Part shown: positions 41,804 to 51,858 of the stretch, one piece after another
How the letters are laid out: each line of letters begins with the position of its first letter
How positions within the stretch are numbered: position 1 is the stretch's first letter
Origin: an uncultured Poribacteria bacterium
Lineage (GTDB): Bacteria; Poribacteria; WGA-4E; WGA-3G
NCBI GenBank assembly: GCA_951813565.1
Contig: OX638351.1
Location: 2,848,001 to 2,912,000, forward strand
DNA: 64,000 nt
Direction: 5' to 3'
Notes under the pieces: model-generated
Seen by the model: the letters and a program-made list of their open reading frames with translations, nothing else
Databases searched by the model: none
Told to the model about the DNA's origin: nothing
Position numbers and translations under genes: made by a program

Positions 41804-42206
41804 CGGTTACTCCTTTGGGTTGTTGAACTCCAGATATTTCTTCCGGCTGGTAGTCATTGATCAATTTTTGTAAACGGTCAAGTTCAGACGGAGTGGTTTG
41901 TCGAACCTCAAGTAGCGTGTTCACCAGTTTTTCTGCCGAATTGTCAAAGAGACGTTCCAATAAATCGTTAAGCATGGAATGTGTAATCTCTGTTTCTTTG
42001 ACCAAAGGCTGGTAAACGAATGTTCGACCATCCACTTGATGCGACAAAAAACCCTTCTTTTCAAGGCTTTTCATGGTGGTGGCGACAGTGGTATACGCGA
42101 GTTTCCTATCAATGTTTTCAAGAACATCATTGACTGTGGCGCGCGTCAGTTTCCACACCACTTTCATCACCTCAAGTTCTAAATGGTGTAATTTATTGTT
42201 TTTCAT
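41796..42206 (-). CDS. BlaI/MecI/CopY-family repressor
   Basis: ELEVMKVVW, LAYTTVAT..L..KGF; overlaps the start of the M56 gene. Confidence 0.92.
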   Translation of the reverse strand: MKNNKLHHLELEVMKVVWKLTRATVNDVLENIDRKLAYTTVATTMKSLEKKGFLSHQVDGRTFVYQPLVKETEITHSMLNDLLERLFDNSAEKLVNTLLEVRQTTPSELDRLQKLINDYQPEEISGVQQPKGVTDD

Positions 42207-42247
42207 CTGATTTTCCTCATCTGGAGGTTATGGGTGAATACTTATAT

Positions 42248-42817
42248 AACCTAAGTTGCCACCTATTTGGCGAACGGTCTTGTGGGAGGGGTTTCTAACC
42301 CCGATTTATAACAGAAGACATACAGAATCAGCGAAAGATCCTTGTTTTTCACTAAAAAATAGTGCCAACCTGTTCAGAATTTTGTAGGTAGCAACTTAGG
42401 TTTATATAGTAAAACCTATAATTAATGGGACACTTCTGTAGCGTAAACTTTTAGTTTGCGTCTCATAGGGCACAAACTATAGTGAAACCTACAATTATTG
42501 ACACGCTATGTCCTAGTGGTAATTTCAAATATAGAATGTAAATGTAAGAGGCGCAATGAATTGCGCGACTACAAACACTGCAAATCTAAAGAAAACTGTA
42601 TAGATAATTTCATATTTTATTATAAAAGTTTGTGCTACAACTTCTATTGCAAGATATATTCCAAAATAGATTTATCAAAGTGTCCCAATAATTTCAAAGT
42701 TCACTATAGTAGAATCTTAAAACATGCAAACACTTCGATGCACAACCTATCTCGCCACCCACTGCTGACGAGGTTTCCTAACCTCGTCAATGTAAGAGTA
42801 ACTGTGGATTTTACCAT
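42248..42817. mobile_element. Nest of adjacent MITEs
   Basis: TIR AACCTAAGTTGC(C/T)ACCTA element at 42248-42402; 42405-42708 is an inverted copy of 31450-31725 with a different nested insert; a further TATAGTAGAATC..GATTTTACCATA unit runs to 42817. Confidence 0.7.
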
Positions 42818-42835
42818 AAATACTTCACCTTGAAT

Positions 42836-43642
42836 TCACTTTGTATCTGGAACTTCGGTTTTATATGATGCCTCTATATAACTACGGATTCGTTCAAATT
42901 GATGATGTTTTCGTGCTTCATCCAGTATAAACTTTTCAAATTCAGCAGACCGTTTCGGGTTGAACTGCCTGAACCTTCTAAACGCCTCTACATAGTTATC
43001 AGTATTCTCAAAAAACTTTTGTGCATCCAAAAACTGCGTATCAGCTTCTGAAGGTTTAGCGTATTTTTGCAATGTTTCGGTATCGCCATTAACTACTGCA
43101 TTCGCAATTTCCATAGATCTTCGTGTCCGCGGATTCGGGGATAAAGCATAAACTGCCGTTGCAAACTCGGCTAGGTATTCCATATTATCCGGATTTGAAA
43201 CGAATTTTAACCACGTCTGCATATAGTTTTCAACTTCGGTTTTTTCTCCGTGTCTTGCCACCATATGTTTTCGGAGTAAATCATAAGATTCAGGATTCTC
43301 TATATCATATTCCGTAGTGGCCACTGCCTCGTCTAATAATCCATCAGTAATTTCAAAATCTTTCCACGGGTCAGCAGGTCGCTTAGAAACTTCATCGGGT
43401 TTTGGGTCATCTAACCAGTCAGGTTTTACGTTATCCGCGTTATCTTCTGTGGCATCGCTTGCGTTTTCCTGTTGGGTGAGCTTCTCGGATAATTGCGTTT
43501 CTGCTTTAGCCGTTTCAGGCGATTCCGTATGAACTGCTCTATCCTCTGAAACCGTTTCAGGTGCGGGTGCTCTCATATAAACTGCTATACCCGCAGCGAT
43601 AATTGCGCAAACTATAAGTATTGCGAAAATATATGCTCTCAT
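42836..43642 (-). CDS. Membrane-anchored hypothetical protein
   Basis: 268-aa ORF, N-terminal TM segment, GGAGG RBS. Confidence 0.7.
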   Translation of the reverse strand: MRAYIFAILIVCAIIAAGIAVYMRAPAPETVSEDRAVHTESPETAKAETQLSEKLTQQENASDATEDNADNVKPDWLDDPKPDEVSKRPADPWKDFEITDGLLDEAVATTEYDIENPESYDLLRKHMVARHGEKTEVENYMQTWLKFVSNPDNMEYLAEFATAVYALSPNPRTRRSMEIANAVVNGDTETLQKYAKPSEADTQFLDAQKFFENTDNYVEAFRRFRQFNPKRSAEFEKFILDEARKHHQFERIRSYIEASYKTEVPDTK

Positions 43643-43977
43643 TTATTTCTAACCTCCATGTGTTTAGATATAAATTCATACGCCTGATATGATACACCAC
43701 ACCAGACATATAAAATTGTTGTAATTAAGCTGTGGTAAATTCTAAAAATAAATAGACACTTTCTTCCCGCGATAGGCGGGGTTTCCTAACCTCTTATTAC
43801 AGACGGCCCCAGTACCTATTTGTATTTCAAAACTACATTAAAATACTATTTCTAAATACGGTATAATAGTATTATACCCCCTGTAGATATATTTGTCAAG
43901 TTAAAATTGAAAAAAATTGCATTATTTTAAGAAAAATTAGGAAGAAATGTGTAATTTTGAGGAATTCGTCTCTTTTA

Positions 43978-44205
43978 TTAGCATTTTCCAATAGCCCGCA
44001 CAAAACTTTCCAGAAGTTCGATCGTTAACATCCCCAAACCCACGCTGGTCTGAGGATCTCTCCCCGATATGTAGATAAACCACTTCCGACAAGCAAAGAA
44101 GTTCTCTCTATTTCCGCCAATAGTGCTTGACGGACAAAATTGTTATTGTCCTTAGCAGATGAATCCAACAAGTGGGCGGGGTCTGCAAATTTCAAAATAT
44201 CCGGT
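43978..44205 (-). pseudogene. Degenerate copy of the 3' end of gene 45512-47464
   Basis: Remnant peptides DNNFVRQALLAE, DQRGFGDVND and FVRAIGKC* match DNDFVRQALLAE, DQRAIGDVND and FVRVFGKF*; frameshifted. Confidence 0.75.
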
Positions 44206-44250
44206 GACTATATTGACAAAGATGGAATGGGGGCGAGTGTGAGGAATACC

Positions 44251-44510
44251 CATAGGTGTCAACTTAAGAAACTATGTATCAGTTTTTAAGTATTGTCTGT
44301 TTGTGTTTCGTCTGAATCGCGGATTAGGCAGATTACGCGGATTTCACAGATTATTTGATTTGTGAATATCCACGTAGGATGGGAAAATCCTGAAAATCTT
44401 GTAATCCTGTAAATCCTGGTTCAGACAAATATCCAATCAAGTAATATCGGGCTTGAAAAGCCCTTACACAAGAGATAAATCAACAATTATTTCTTAAGTT
44501 GACACCTATG
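44251..44510. mobile_element. MITE
   Basis: Perfect 21-bp TIR CATAGGTGTCAACTTAAGAAA / TTTCTTAAGTTGACACCTATG. Confidence 0.8.
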
Positions 44511-44540
44511 TGATTATGCGAAAGCTAAGTTGAGGTCAGG

Positions 44541-45317
44541 TTATCTTGAAGCTTTAAGATCCCCCCAAGTCAGAGCTAGCTTATTGGCAGGCTTTACGTC
44601 AGCCCACCCTTTTGCATCCATGTTTTGGTTGATTTCGTCTTCACTTAGCGCTCGATTATAAACACCAAGTTCGTCAACGAGACCTATGAAGTAATAGGCA
44701 GCATTAGCAGGGAATAGCCTTGTTCCAAGTAGCCAAGCTGTAGGGGTCGGACCTGAGTAAACTTCTGCTTTGAGTTCCCCCTTTAAAGCTCCATCGACAT
44801 AAAGAAGATATTGGTCATCAAAAACAGCAGTGATATAATACCAATCACCGCGTGTTTCAAGAATCCCCCCAGGAGAATTCAAATCTCCGCCGCCAGGTGG
44901 CCATTGACCAACATTCATCCCGCCATCATTCCTCATATAAATATAGTTCTTAGTCGATCCACTCTTCTCACCGCCCTGCCATATGAAACTGGCAGACTGA
45001 TCCTTATTATTAATAAACATCGAAACTGTAAGTGGTGGATCTATATTCAAACTTTCGGGAACTCCGAAATCCACATAATCATCACCATCAAACTCCAGTG
45101 CCTGACCGACTTTACCTTCAACTACTTTGGGGTCGCCCTTCATGGTTCCATCATTTTTCCCAAATACGTCTTTAACAGTATCGCCATCTACATCAGCCTT
45201 ATCAAAAGTCCAGTAGCTAACCAAACCTTTAGTAATCACTTGAGCTTTCGCCATATTTGTACACATAAAAATAGTTGCAATAACAGCAAAAACTATGACC
45301 AACATTTTGTTAAACAT
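44541..45317 (-). CDS. Secreted LamG/ConA-like jelly-roll protein
   Basis: GLVSYWTFD, GKVGQALEFDG, LYVDG, DELGVYNRALS; tail KLALTWGDLK. Confidence 0.88.
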   Translation of the reverse strand: MFNKMLVIVFAVIATIFMCTNMAKAQVITKGLVSYWTFDKADVDGDTVKDVFGKNDGTMKGDPKVVEGKVGQALEFDGDDYVDFGVPESLNIDPPLTVSMFINNKDQSASFIWQGGEKSGSTKNYIYMRNDGGMNVGQWPPGGGDLNSPGGILETRGDWYYITAVFDDQYLLYVDGALKGELKAEVYSGPTPTAWLLGTRLFPANAAYYFIGLVDELGVYNRALSEDEINQNMDAKGWADVKPANKLALTWGDLKASR

Positions 45318-45511
45318 TTTGGACTCCTTTTTTTCCAGTATTGGTCGTTAGGACCGGGCAAAACCGGTTCCACAAATTTCATTAGAACCCTACATCTTTT
45401 TCCGAACTCACGTTAATATATATATGTATGTATGTCAAGTTAATTTTGAAAAAAGCAGAATTTGCGAAAATTCTGTAAAGAATTGTATAATTTGAGGAAC
45501 TCACTTTTTTA

Positions 45512-47464
45512 TTAAAATTTTCCGAAGACCCGTACAAATATTTCCATGAAATTTTGATCGTTCACATCTCCAATTGCTCGCTGGTCTATGTATCGCGCCC
45601 CGATATGTAGAAAAAGCTGCTTCCGATAGGCGAAAAAACTCTTTTCCATTTCCGCTAATAGCGCTTGACGAACAAAATCGTTATCATCCTTAAGTAGATC
45701 GTTGAACAAAAGAATCTGTCCACCACCTGTGATCTTGATCGTTTTTGTGAACTGGTACACGACCTTGAGGATAAGTGCAGGAGTCATATCACGGACATGT
45801 GCTTGTTCAATTTGGCGCAATCGGAGTTCACGCGAGACGTCCCTATCATCAATCCTCGCGTGTAGATTGAGGTATTCGAGTCGGTCTTCCGCCATCCGAA
45901 ATCCGTTACGAATGGTATATTTGAACATTGGGCTGATTTCCAGCGATTTGGAGGGTCGTAGCCGGTAAAGGGTTTTGAAAATGCCGACTTCGTAGTGTTC
46001 ATTATTACCGTCAAAATCAATATCGTATTGCAGCTTGGCACGAGCTGTGGTGACCATGCGGTCTATACCGTTATATTCCCATGTGATTTTGGCGGTGTTA
46101 ATCAGATCGTTCTGCATTAGCAGAGGGTCTTTGCGGCGTTTTTCGACTTCTGCCCCACCATCAACATAGAAAAACAGCAGGTCTCCTTCCGGCACCATCT
46201 CTTGGATTTCCGGTTGTGACCGATAGATTCTTTCATCTTGTCTGCCCAAAAATCCTGCATAATACCATGTTTCGTCAGGAATATTGTCCTTCACTAATTT
46301 GAGTTCATTTTCAAAAATAAGCGAAGATGCGCGTGGCAGTTCTTTTTTATAAACTATGTTAGCGAACGCTTTCCTGGAGGTTGGAATATTGCGGAATTTT
46401 AGGTTTTTCTCGACTTGGAGCCCAAGGTCCAGGTCAATTACGCTTTTTTCTCCGCTCATCGTTTGGTTCATGAAAAGCCGGACGCCTTCCAATCCGACAT
46501 CAAATTCGTAATTCGGATTCTGATCGTTTTCTTCTTCGTCCCGTATACCGTTGTTGTTTCGATCTGTTTCATCAAGGAAATCTTCATCAACATCAAACAG
46601 CAGAATATCGTCCTCGTAGTCGAAGGTGCCGTTGTTATTTTTATCAAGGTCACCAGGAATAATCAGGGATGGCGGGTCAGGAAATGTATTATCGGAGTAT
46701 CTGTCCTGGTCATCGTTATCTCCGACAGAGCGGGAGGCGTCAAATCGTGGACCGACGCGAAACGCCTCCGCTTGAAAGAGCGTATCCCCAACCGTTCGGA
46801 ATGCTTTGAACACGGTTGTCGTGGCATCAAAACGTGAGCCCAAGTTTTTCTGGAGTGCGTTTTTTGGCGTTACTGCTAATTCGGCTTTCAATCCATAATT
46901 GGCAAAATTGGTTTCCATATCGACTGCCCAAACAGGCGTTTCTCGGAAATACCAAGAGAGTCCTAACTGCGATTTACCGAATTTTGTTACTTCGCGTAAG
47001 CCGATGCCCGAACCTTCCGTTTGACCTTCTTGACCGTTCAGGCGATTGAGTGTGCCTGGAACCATTAAGATTGTCCAATCGCTGTGATTAGAACGCACCT
47101 CCCAGCGGACACCGTTTAGATCAATCTGATCGAATGTAAACTTTGTAAACGTTGTCGGCACTTCGCCAAGACTCAGGATATTTTTGACATTACCAGCAGT
47201 TTCCTCAATCACAAGGACGCTATGGAAGCCGCGCCGAAAGAGGCGGTCGAAATCAAAGTTATCTTGCCGGACTCGTTCTTCCTCTGTATCAGCGAGGAAG
47301 TTTCGTCTGTTTGTAAAATCGTATTCGACGCGTCCAGACAGGAACAATTTACCGAATAGACTGTATACATCCTCGGCTTCTGCGTGGAACACAAGAGAAC
47401 AGTTGAACAGTAAAAGGAGAACGCAAGGGATCAGGCACTTTCGGATGCCTGTGTTTCTGTCCAT
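45512..47464 (-). CDS. Secreted/outer-membrane hypothetical protein with acidic Dx(D/N)xNG loops
   Basis: Signal peptide; DLDKNNNGTFDYEDD, DRNNNGIRDEEE; C-terminal Phe. Confidence 0.7.
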   Translation of the reverse strand: MDRNTGIRKCLIPCVLLLLFNCSLVFHAEAEDVYSLFGKLFLSGRVEYDFTNRRNFLADTEEERVRQDNFDFDRLFRRGFHSVLVIEETAGNVKNILSLGEVPTTFTKFTFDQIDLNGVRWEVRSNHSDWTILMVPGTLNRLNGQEGQTEGSGIGLREVTKFGKSQLGLSWYFRETPVWAVDMETNFANYGLKAELAVTPKNALQKNLGSRFDATTTVFKAFRTVGDTLFQAEAFRVGPRFDASRSVGDNDDQDRYSDNTFPDPPSLIIPGDLDKNNNGTFDYEDDILLFDVDEDFLDETDRNNNGIRDEEENDQNPNYEFDVGLEGVRLFMNQTMSGEKSVIDLDLGLQVEKNLKFRNIPTSRKAFANIVYKKELPRASSLIFENELKLVKDNIPDETWYYAGFLGRQDERIYRSQPEIQEMVPEGDLLFFYVDGGAEVEKRRKDPLLMQNDLINTAKITWEYNGIDRMVTTARAKLQYDIDFDGNNEHYEVGIFKTLYRLRPSKSLEISPMFKYTIRNGFRMAEDRLEYLNLHARIDDRDVSRELRLRQIEQAHVRDMTPALILKVVYQFTKTIKITGGGQILLFNDLLKDDNDFVRQALLAEMEKSFFAYRKQLFLHIGARYIDQRAIGDVNDQNFMEIFVRVFGKF

Positions 47465-47670
47465 ATTTAATTTTCGCAGTCATCGGCTATAGGTTTTTAG
47501 TTCGTTAATTGTTGGGTTTCGCTTCGCTCTATCCAACAAAAATCCGAGAAAATCCGCCATTCAGGTAAATGTAAGAGGTGCAATGAATTGCGCGACTACG
47601 AATGCGTGAAATCAGGGTTGAAACCCCTCCCACAAGATGCGGACGGTACGCGGAGTGTGCCTGCTACTTT

Positions 47671-47805
47671 TATAGTGGATTCTACAATTAACCGGGCATT
47701 TGAGCTGTCCGAGGGAACTCCGATTCCCGACTAACAGTGGTTTCGTCGCGATTCGGAGATCGCTCCTACAGAATATATGTGAACTTATTTACATAATTTA
47801 CTATA
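47671..47805 (+). mobile_element. 135-bp MITE, copy 3
   Basis: Near-identical to 3590-3724. Confidence 0.85.
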
Positions 47806-47935
47806 ATCTGTCAAAAACATCGCAGACAGCAGGAGGTAACCTATTCCTACTTAACAATGTGATTTGAAGCATATCACAAATCCAGCAAAATATCAAATTT
47901 CTAAATCCTATAATCCTGGTTCAGACAATCCGATA

Positions 47936-47982
47936 TTCAGACAGAAAAGGCGCGCTTTGTTAGCGCGCCTTTTCTGTCTGAA
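47936..47982 (-). terminator. Strong hairpin downstream of the aldehyde dehydrogenase gene
   Basis: 21-bp perfect stem TTCAGACAGAAAAGGCGCGCT / AGCGCGCCTTTTCTGTCTGAA with a 5-nt loop. Confidence 0.75.
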
Positions 47983-48000
47983 ATCAAGTTAATTTCACAC

Positions 48001-49419
48001 TTAACTGTCCAAATGGAAGATCGCCATCTTCAACTCAGTCATCTCTTCAATAGCGTATTTGGGACCCTCTTTACCCATACCGCTCTCTTTAACACCACCA
48101 TACGGCATTAAATCCGCACGCCACTGCGTGCCCCAGTTCACCATCAAATTACCAGATTCAACCTCACGTACAAACCGCATTGCCCAATCGACGTTCTGTG
48201 TAAAAATCGCAGCACTCAGTCCGTAGTTTGTATCGTTCGCGAGGGTGATTGCTTCGTCAATATCGTTGACACGCGTCACACCGACAGCCGGTCCGAACAC
48301 CTCATCACAAGAGATTTTCATCTCAGGTTTAACGTTAGCAAGGATAGCAGGCGTAACAAACTGATCTTGTTTTTCACCACCTGTAAGAAGTTCCGCACCG
48401 TCTGATACGGCTTCTTTAATCCATTCGGTAACACGGGTAGCATCCCCTTCTCGAATCATCGGTCCCATCCGAACCCCAGATTCCAACGGATTGCCGATAC
48501 CAATTTGGGAAACTTCCGCTTGGAACGCATCTAAGAAATCACCGTAGATTTTTTCATGTGCGATGACACGCTGCGTGGAAATACATACCTGTCCCGCATT
48601 GGAATAGCCGGACGCTGCCGCCGCACGTGCTACCTTCTCTGGATCCGCATCGGGCATAACGATAAGGGGTGAATTTGAACCGAGTTCCATTGTGACGCGT
48701 TTCAGCCCTGCGACCTTACAGATATGTTCACCAACATCACGGCTGCCAGTAAAAGTAATCTTTCGGATGCGACGATCCGCGCACAGCGTATCTCCGATTT
48801 CACCACCGGGCCCCGTCACACACTGAATCGCTTCTGGTGGCGTGCCTGCTTCTAAAAAAAGTTCTACCAATTTCAGTGCGGAGAGCGGTGTATCCGTTGC
48901 GGGTTTGATGATAATAGCATTTCCGCCAGCAATCGCAGGACCAGCTTTATGGCAAACAAGGTGCAATGGGAAGTTGAAAGGACTAATACCAGCAACAATA
49001 CCGCACGGTACACGTACCGTAAAACCGAGTCTGTTTTTTACACCGGGCGCGCCTTCAAGAGGGATCGTTTCACCAGTTAATCGTTTTGCTTCCTCTGCTG
49101 AGAGCGCAATAATTTCGGAAGCGCGCGTTGCTTCAACGGTCGCCTCAGCTAATATCTTCCCCTCTTCACGGGTGATAACTTCAGCAAGTTCTTCTGCTTT
49201 TTCGACCATCAAATCCGCGACTTTCCGCAAGATTTCATAACGTTCATAGCCGGTCAACCCCGCCATGATTTTTGCCCCGCGTTCTGCGGTTTGGATAGCA
49301 TTTTCAACGTCGTTCGCGTCCCCTTTCGGTACGGTATCAACAACTGAACCGTCAAAAGGACTCAGGACATCTATTTTATTAGATTTGTCAACCCATTCTC
49401 CACCAACGTGCATTCGCAT
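48001..49419 (-). CDS. Aldehyde dehydrogenase
   Basis: PFNFP, FTGS, MELGSN, NAGQVCIS, EVFGP, PYGGVKESG. Confidence 0.95.
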   Translation of the reverse strand: MRMHVGGEWVDKSNKIDVLSPFDGSVVDTVPKGDANDVENAIQTAERGAKIMAGLTGYERYEILRKVADLMVEKAEELAEVITREEGKILAEATVEATRASEIIALSAEEAKRLTGETIPLEGAPGVKNRLGFTVRVPCGIVAGISPFNFPLHLVCHKAGPAIAGGNAIIIKPATDTPLSALKLVELFLEAGTPPEAIQCVTGPGGEIGDTLCADRRIRKITFTGSRDVGEHICKVAGLKRVTMELGSNSPLIVMPDADPEKVARAAAASGYSNAGQVCISTQRVIAHEKIYGDFLDAFQAEVSQIGIGNPLESGVRMGPMIREGDATRVTEWIKEAVSDGAELLTGGEKQDQFVTPAILANVKPEMKISCDEVFGPAVGVTRVNDIDEAITLANDTNYGLSAAIFTQNVDWAMRFVREVESGNLMVNWGTQWRADLMPYGGVKESGMGKEGPKYAIEEMTELKMAIFHLDS

Positions 49420-49467
49420 AGTGCGTTTTCTCCATTTCTATTTCAACACGCAATGTGCGTGCTAATT

Positions 49468-50235
49468 TTACTTTTTGGACTTTAGCAAACCCCAAGTGGT
49501 GGTTGCTTTTCCTGATGCCTCAACAGCGGCATAATCTGCTAAGCCTGTATCCATGACATCGTTGACTTGTGCTTCAGTAAGTGCTTTAGTGAAGAACCCC
49601 ACTTCATCAAAGAGTCCTGTTGCCGCTACATTGCCAGGGCGTGCACCTATCCAGATGGGGGATTGACTGGTATCCAGCGTTCCACCACTCGCCTTTTCAA
49701 CTTCCAGTTTTCCATCAATGAACATCTTAACACTTTTGCCATCATAAACTTTCGCGATATGATGCCACTTACCATCTGCCACGATAGTTTTACCCGGCAT
49801 ACGAGTCTCCACGCCCTTGACGTGCCACATGAACACCGGATAGTCAGCATCGTGAATCCATATATCAAGATGACGTACAAGATTGGGCTCGGGCCAAACC
49901 TCTCCATTTCGCCAAACGACATACTGCCATGAGGCTGCTTGTAACTTAATCCAGACGACGAATGTATAAGGATCGGAGTTGAAAACGTCATCATGGTCAA
50001 CACGGACGTAGCTGTCACCTTTGCCAGGGAATTCCAATGCACCACCGAATTTGCCATCACCTACCCACTTTAGAGTGCCTTTGATGTCCCCATCGTGTCC
50101 ACTGACGACATCTTTAACCACTTTTCCACCATTTTCTTCAAACAACCATGCACTTGCTAAATCCAGTTTCGCCGCATGAGCAGAAAAGACTGCCCCGATG
50201 ATAAGTATTGTCAAACACAAAATAGTCGTTTTCAT
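49468..50235 (-). CDS. Secreted LamG/ConA-like protein
   Basis: GKFGGALEF, DGKWHHIA, MFIDG, FDEVG; tail KATTTWGLLK. Confidence 0.88.
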   Translation of the reverse strand: MKTTILCLTILIIGAVFSAHAAKLDLASAWLFEENGGKVVKDVVSGHDGDIKGTLKWVGDGKFGGALEFPGKGDSYVRVDHDDVFNSDPYTFVVWIKLQAASWQYVVWRNGEVWPEPNLVRHLDIWIHDADYPVFMWHVKGVETRMPGKTIVADGKWHHIAKVYDGKSVKMFIDGKLEVEKASGGTLDTSQSPIWIGARPGNVAATGLFDEVGFFTKALTEAQVNDVMDTGLADYAAVEASGKATTTWGLLKSKK

Positions 50236-50268
50236 TATGTTTTCCTCCTTGAGGTTGCAAATACGAGT

Positions 50269-51273
50269 TTAGACGCGACAATTATCAAGCGCGTCTTCAT
50301 CCAATTCAACGCCTAATCCGGGTTTGTCCGGTATAGTCGCATATCCATCAACAAGTGGAATAGTTGAAGGCGTAACAATGTCAAAGGCACGCAGTGCATT
50401 TAAGGTAATCGCTGGCATAGTCGCATTCCGCATGACTGCAGCAAGGTGCATCACGTAAGTAGTCGTGATGCCGAGACCAACAATCTGTATCCATACAGGA
50501 AGATGTGCAGCATCTGAAATAATTGCCTCACGTTTGGCATTGGCAGCGCGCGAGTCCGGGTAAGCGATAATAAACGAATCGTTCATTTTTCCCCGAATCG
50601 CTTCAACTGGATCCGGATTTCCAAAATGAATTGTTATCGGCATATCTGTGTGCCGTTTGATTTCTTGGTATCCTGCTATATCCGACTGTGGAATCGGTGT
50701 TTCAAACGATTCAATATTGTGGTCTTGAAGTTGTCTCGCAACTTCAAGCGTGCGTTCTGGAGTCTCAAAAGAGTCATTGGCATCTACGCGAAGTTGAAAA
50801 TCATCTGGTACGACCTCTGTGATTGCCTCTACCTGTTCACGCACTTCAAACCACGGACGTGCCTTGATTTTATGAAGCCGATAGCCCAGTGCGTATGCAT
50901 GCTTTGCTTCCGCAGCCCACTCATCTGGAGTCATATCTATAGACCAATATCCGAACGATGTTTTGTCATTAACCTTTTCACCTAAGAGTTGATGTACTGG
51001 CACACCGAGTGACTTGCCCATGATGTCATAAAATGCCTGCTGTAGTGGTGTCGGTGCCCAACCACTCATAAACTCAAACGGATTCCTACCGATATATCGC
51101 TGAACTGCTTCGTCCGATTGAAACGATCCATCGCCAATACCGATAATCCCAGCATCCGTATGCACCTTGTAAACATGGTCAATTTGATAAAGATTACGAC
51201 GCGTCATCAGTTCATAAATGCCATCATGGTAAGGCACTCTGACCTTGATAACTTCAATTTGGGTAATTTTCAT
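50269..51273 (-). CDS. Mandelate racemase/muconate lactonizing enzyme family
   Basis: KIK, RVDAN, ETP, PDKPGLGVELD. Confidence 0.88.
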   Translation of the reverse strand: MKITQIEVIKVRVPYHDGIYELMTRRNLYQIDHVYKVHTDAGIIGIGDGSFQSDEAVQRYIGRNPFEFMSGWAPTPLQQAFYDIMGKSLGVPVHQLLGEKVNDKTSFGYWSIDMTPDEWAAEAKHAYALGYRLHKIKARPWFEVREQVEAITEVVPDDFQLRVDANDSFETPERTLEVARQLQDHNIESFETPIPQSDIAGYQEIKRHTDMPITIHFGNPDPVEAIRGKMNDSFIIAYPDSRAANAKREAIISDAAHLPVWIQIVGLGITTTYVMHLAAVMRNATMPAITLNALRAFDIVTPSTIPLVDGYATIPDKPGLGVELDEDALDNCRV

Positions 51274-51323
51274 GATTCCCCTCCCGTATCCGAATAATGA
51301 TCTTGTGTTGATGTTATAAGTTG

Positions 51324-51776
51324 CTATTCATCACGTCTAATCCAACTGACAACATCTTCCGCTTCACCTGTTCCACCTTCTACGCCATCACTTCCAAATG
51401 AGATAAGGTCGTATCCGTATCGGTCATGCACACCCGGACGGATGTAAATGTATGGGTTGCCCCACGGGTCCTCTGTAATTGGGATTTGAATGTATGGGAC
51501 TAACCAATTTATAGGAAGTGGTGGTTCTTCAGGTTTTTCCCAAAGTGCTTTCAATCCCTGTTTAGTTGAAGGATAATCTCCATTGTCCTTGGCATACCTA
51601 TCAAGGGCGATGCCAAGCGTTTCAATGTCTTCAGCTGCACGTGTTTGTAATGCACGCCCTGCTTGTCCGAGCAACCGTGGTGCCAAAAGAACAGCAGCAA
51701 TCACACCAAGAACAACTACAACAACTAAAACTTGTATCAGTGTTAATCCAGATTGTTTAGAATCAATTTGTTTCAC
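51324..51776 (-). CDS. gspG: Type II secretion major pseudopilin GspG-like
   Basis: G|LTLIQVL prepilin-like helix; ALDRY..DNG-x-YPST-x-QGL-x-AL, DPWGNPY-x-Y, S-x-G-x-DG..GG. Confidence 0.85.
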   Translation of the reverse strand: MKQIDSKQSGLTLIQVLVVVVVLGVIAAVLLAPRLLGQAGRALQTRAAEDIETLGIALDRYAKDNGDYPSTKQGLKALWEKPEEPPLPINWLVPYIQIPITEDPWGNPYIYIRPGVHDRYGYDLISFGSDGVEGGTGEAEDVVSWIRRDE

Positions 51777-51858
51777 AAATGCGTCTCCGCGCTTTCCAAT
51801 AATGAGAAAACTTTTGAATGTCTGCAAGAGTTTATCATATTTCCTTGATTATGTCAAA

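Noticed and set aside
42498..42833. 111-aa ORF, and the N-terminal extension of ORF 30608-31558, sharing LSKCPNNFKVHY
   Set aside because: Both are translations of the same MITE, not protein homology
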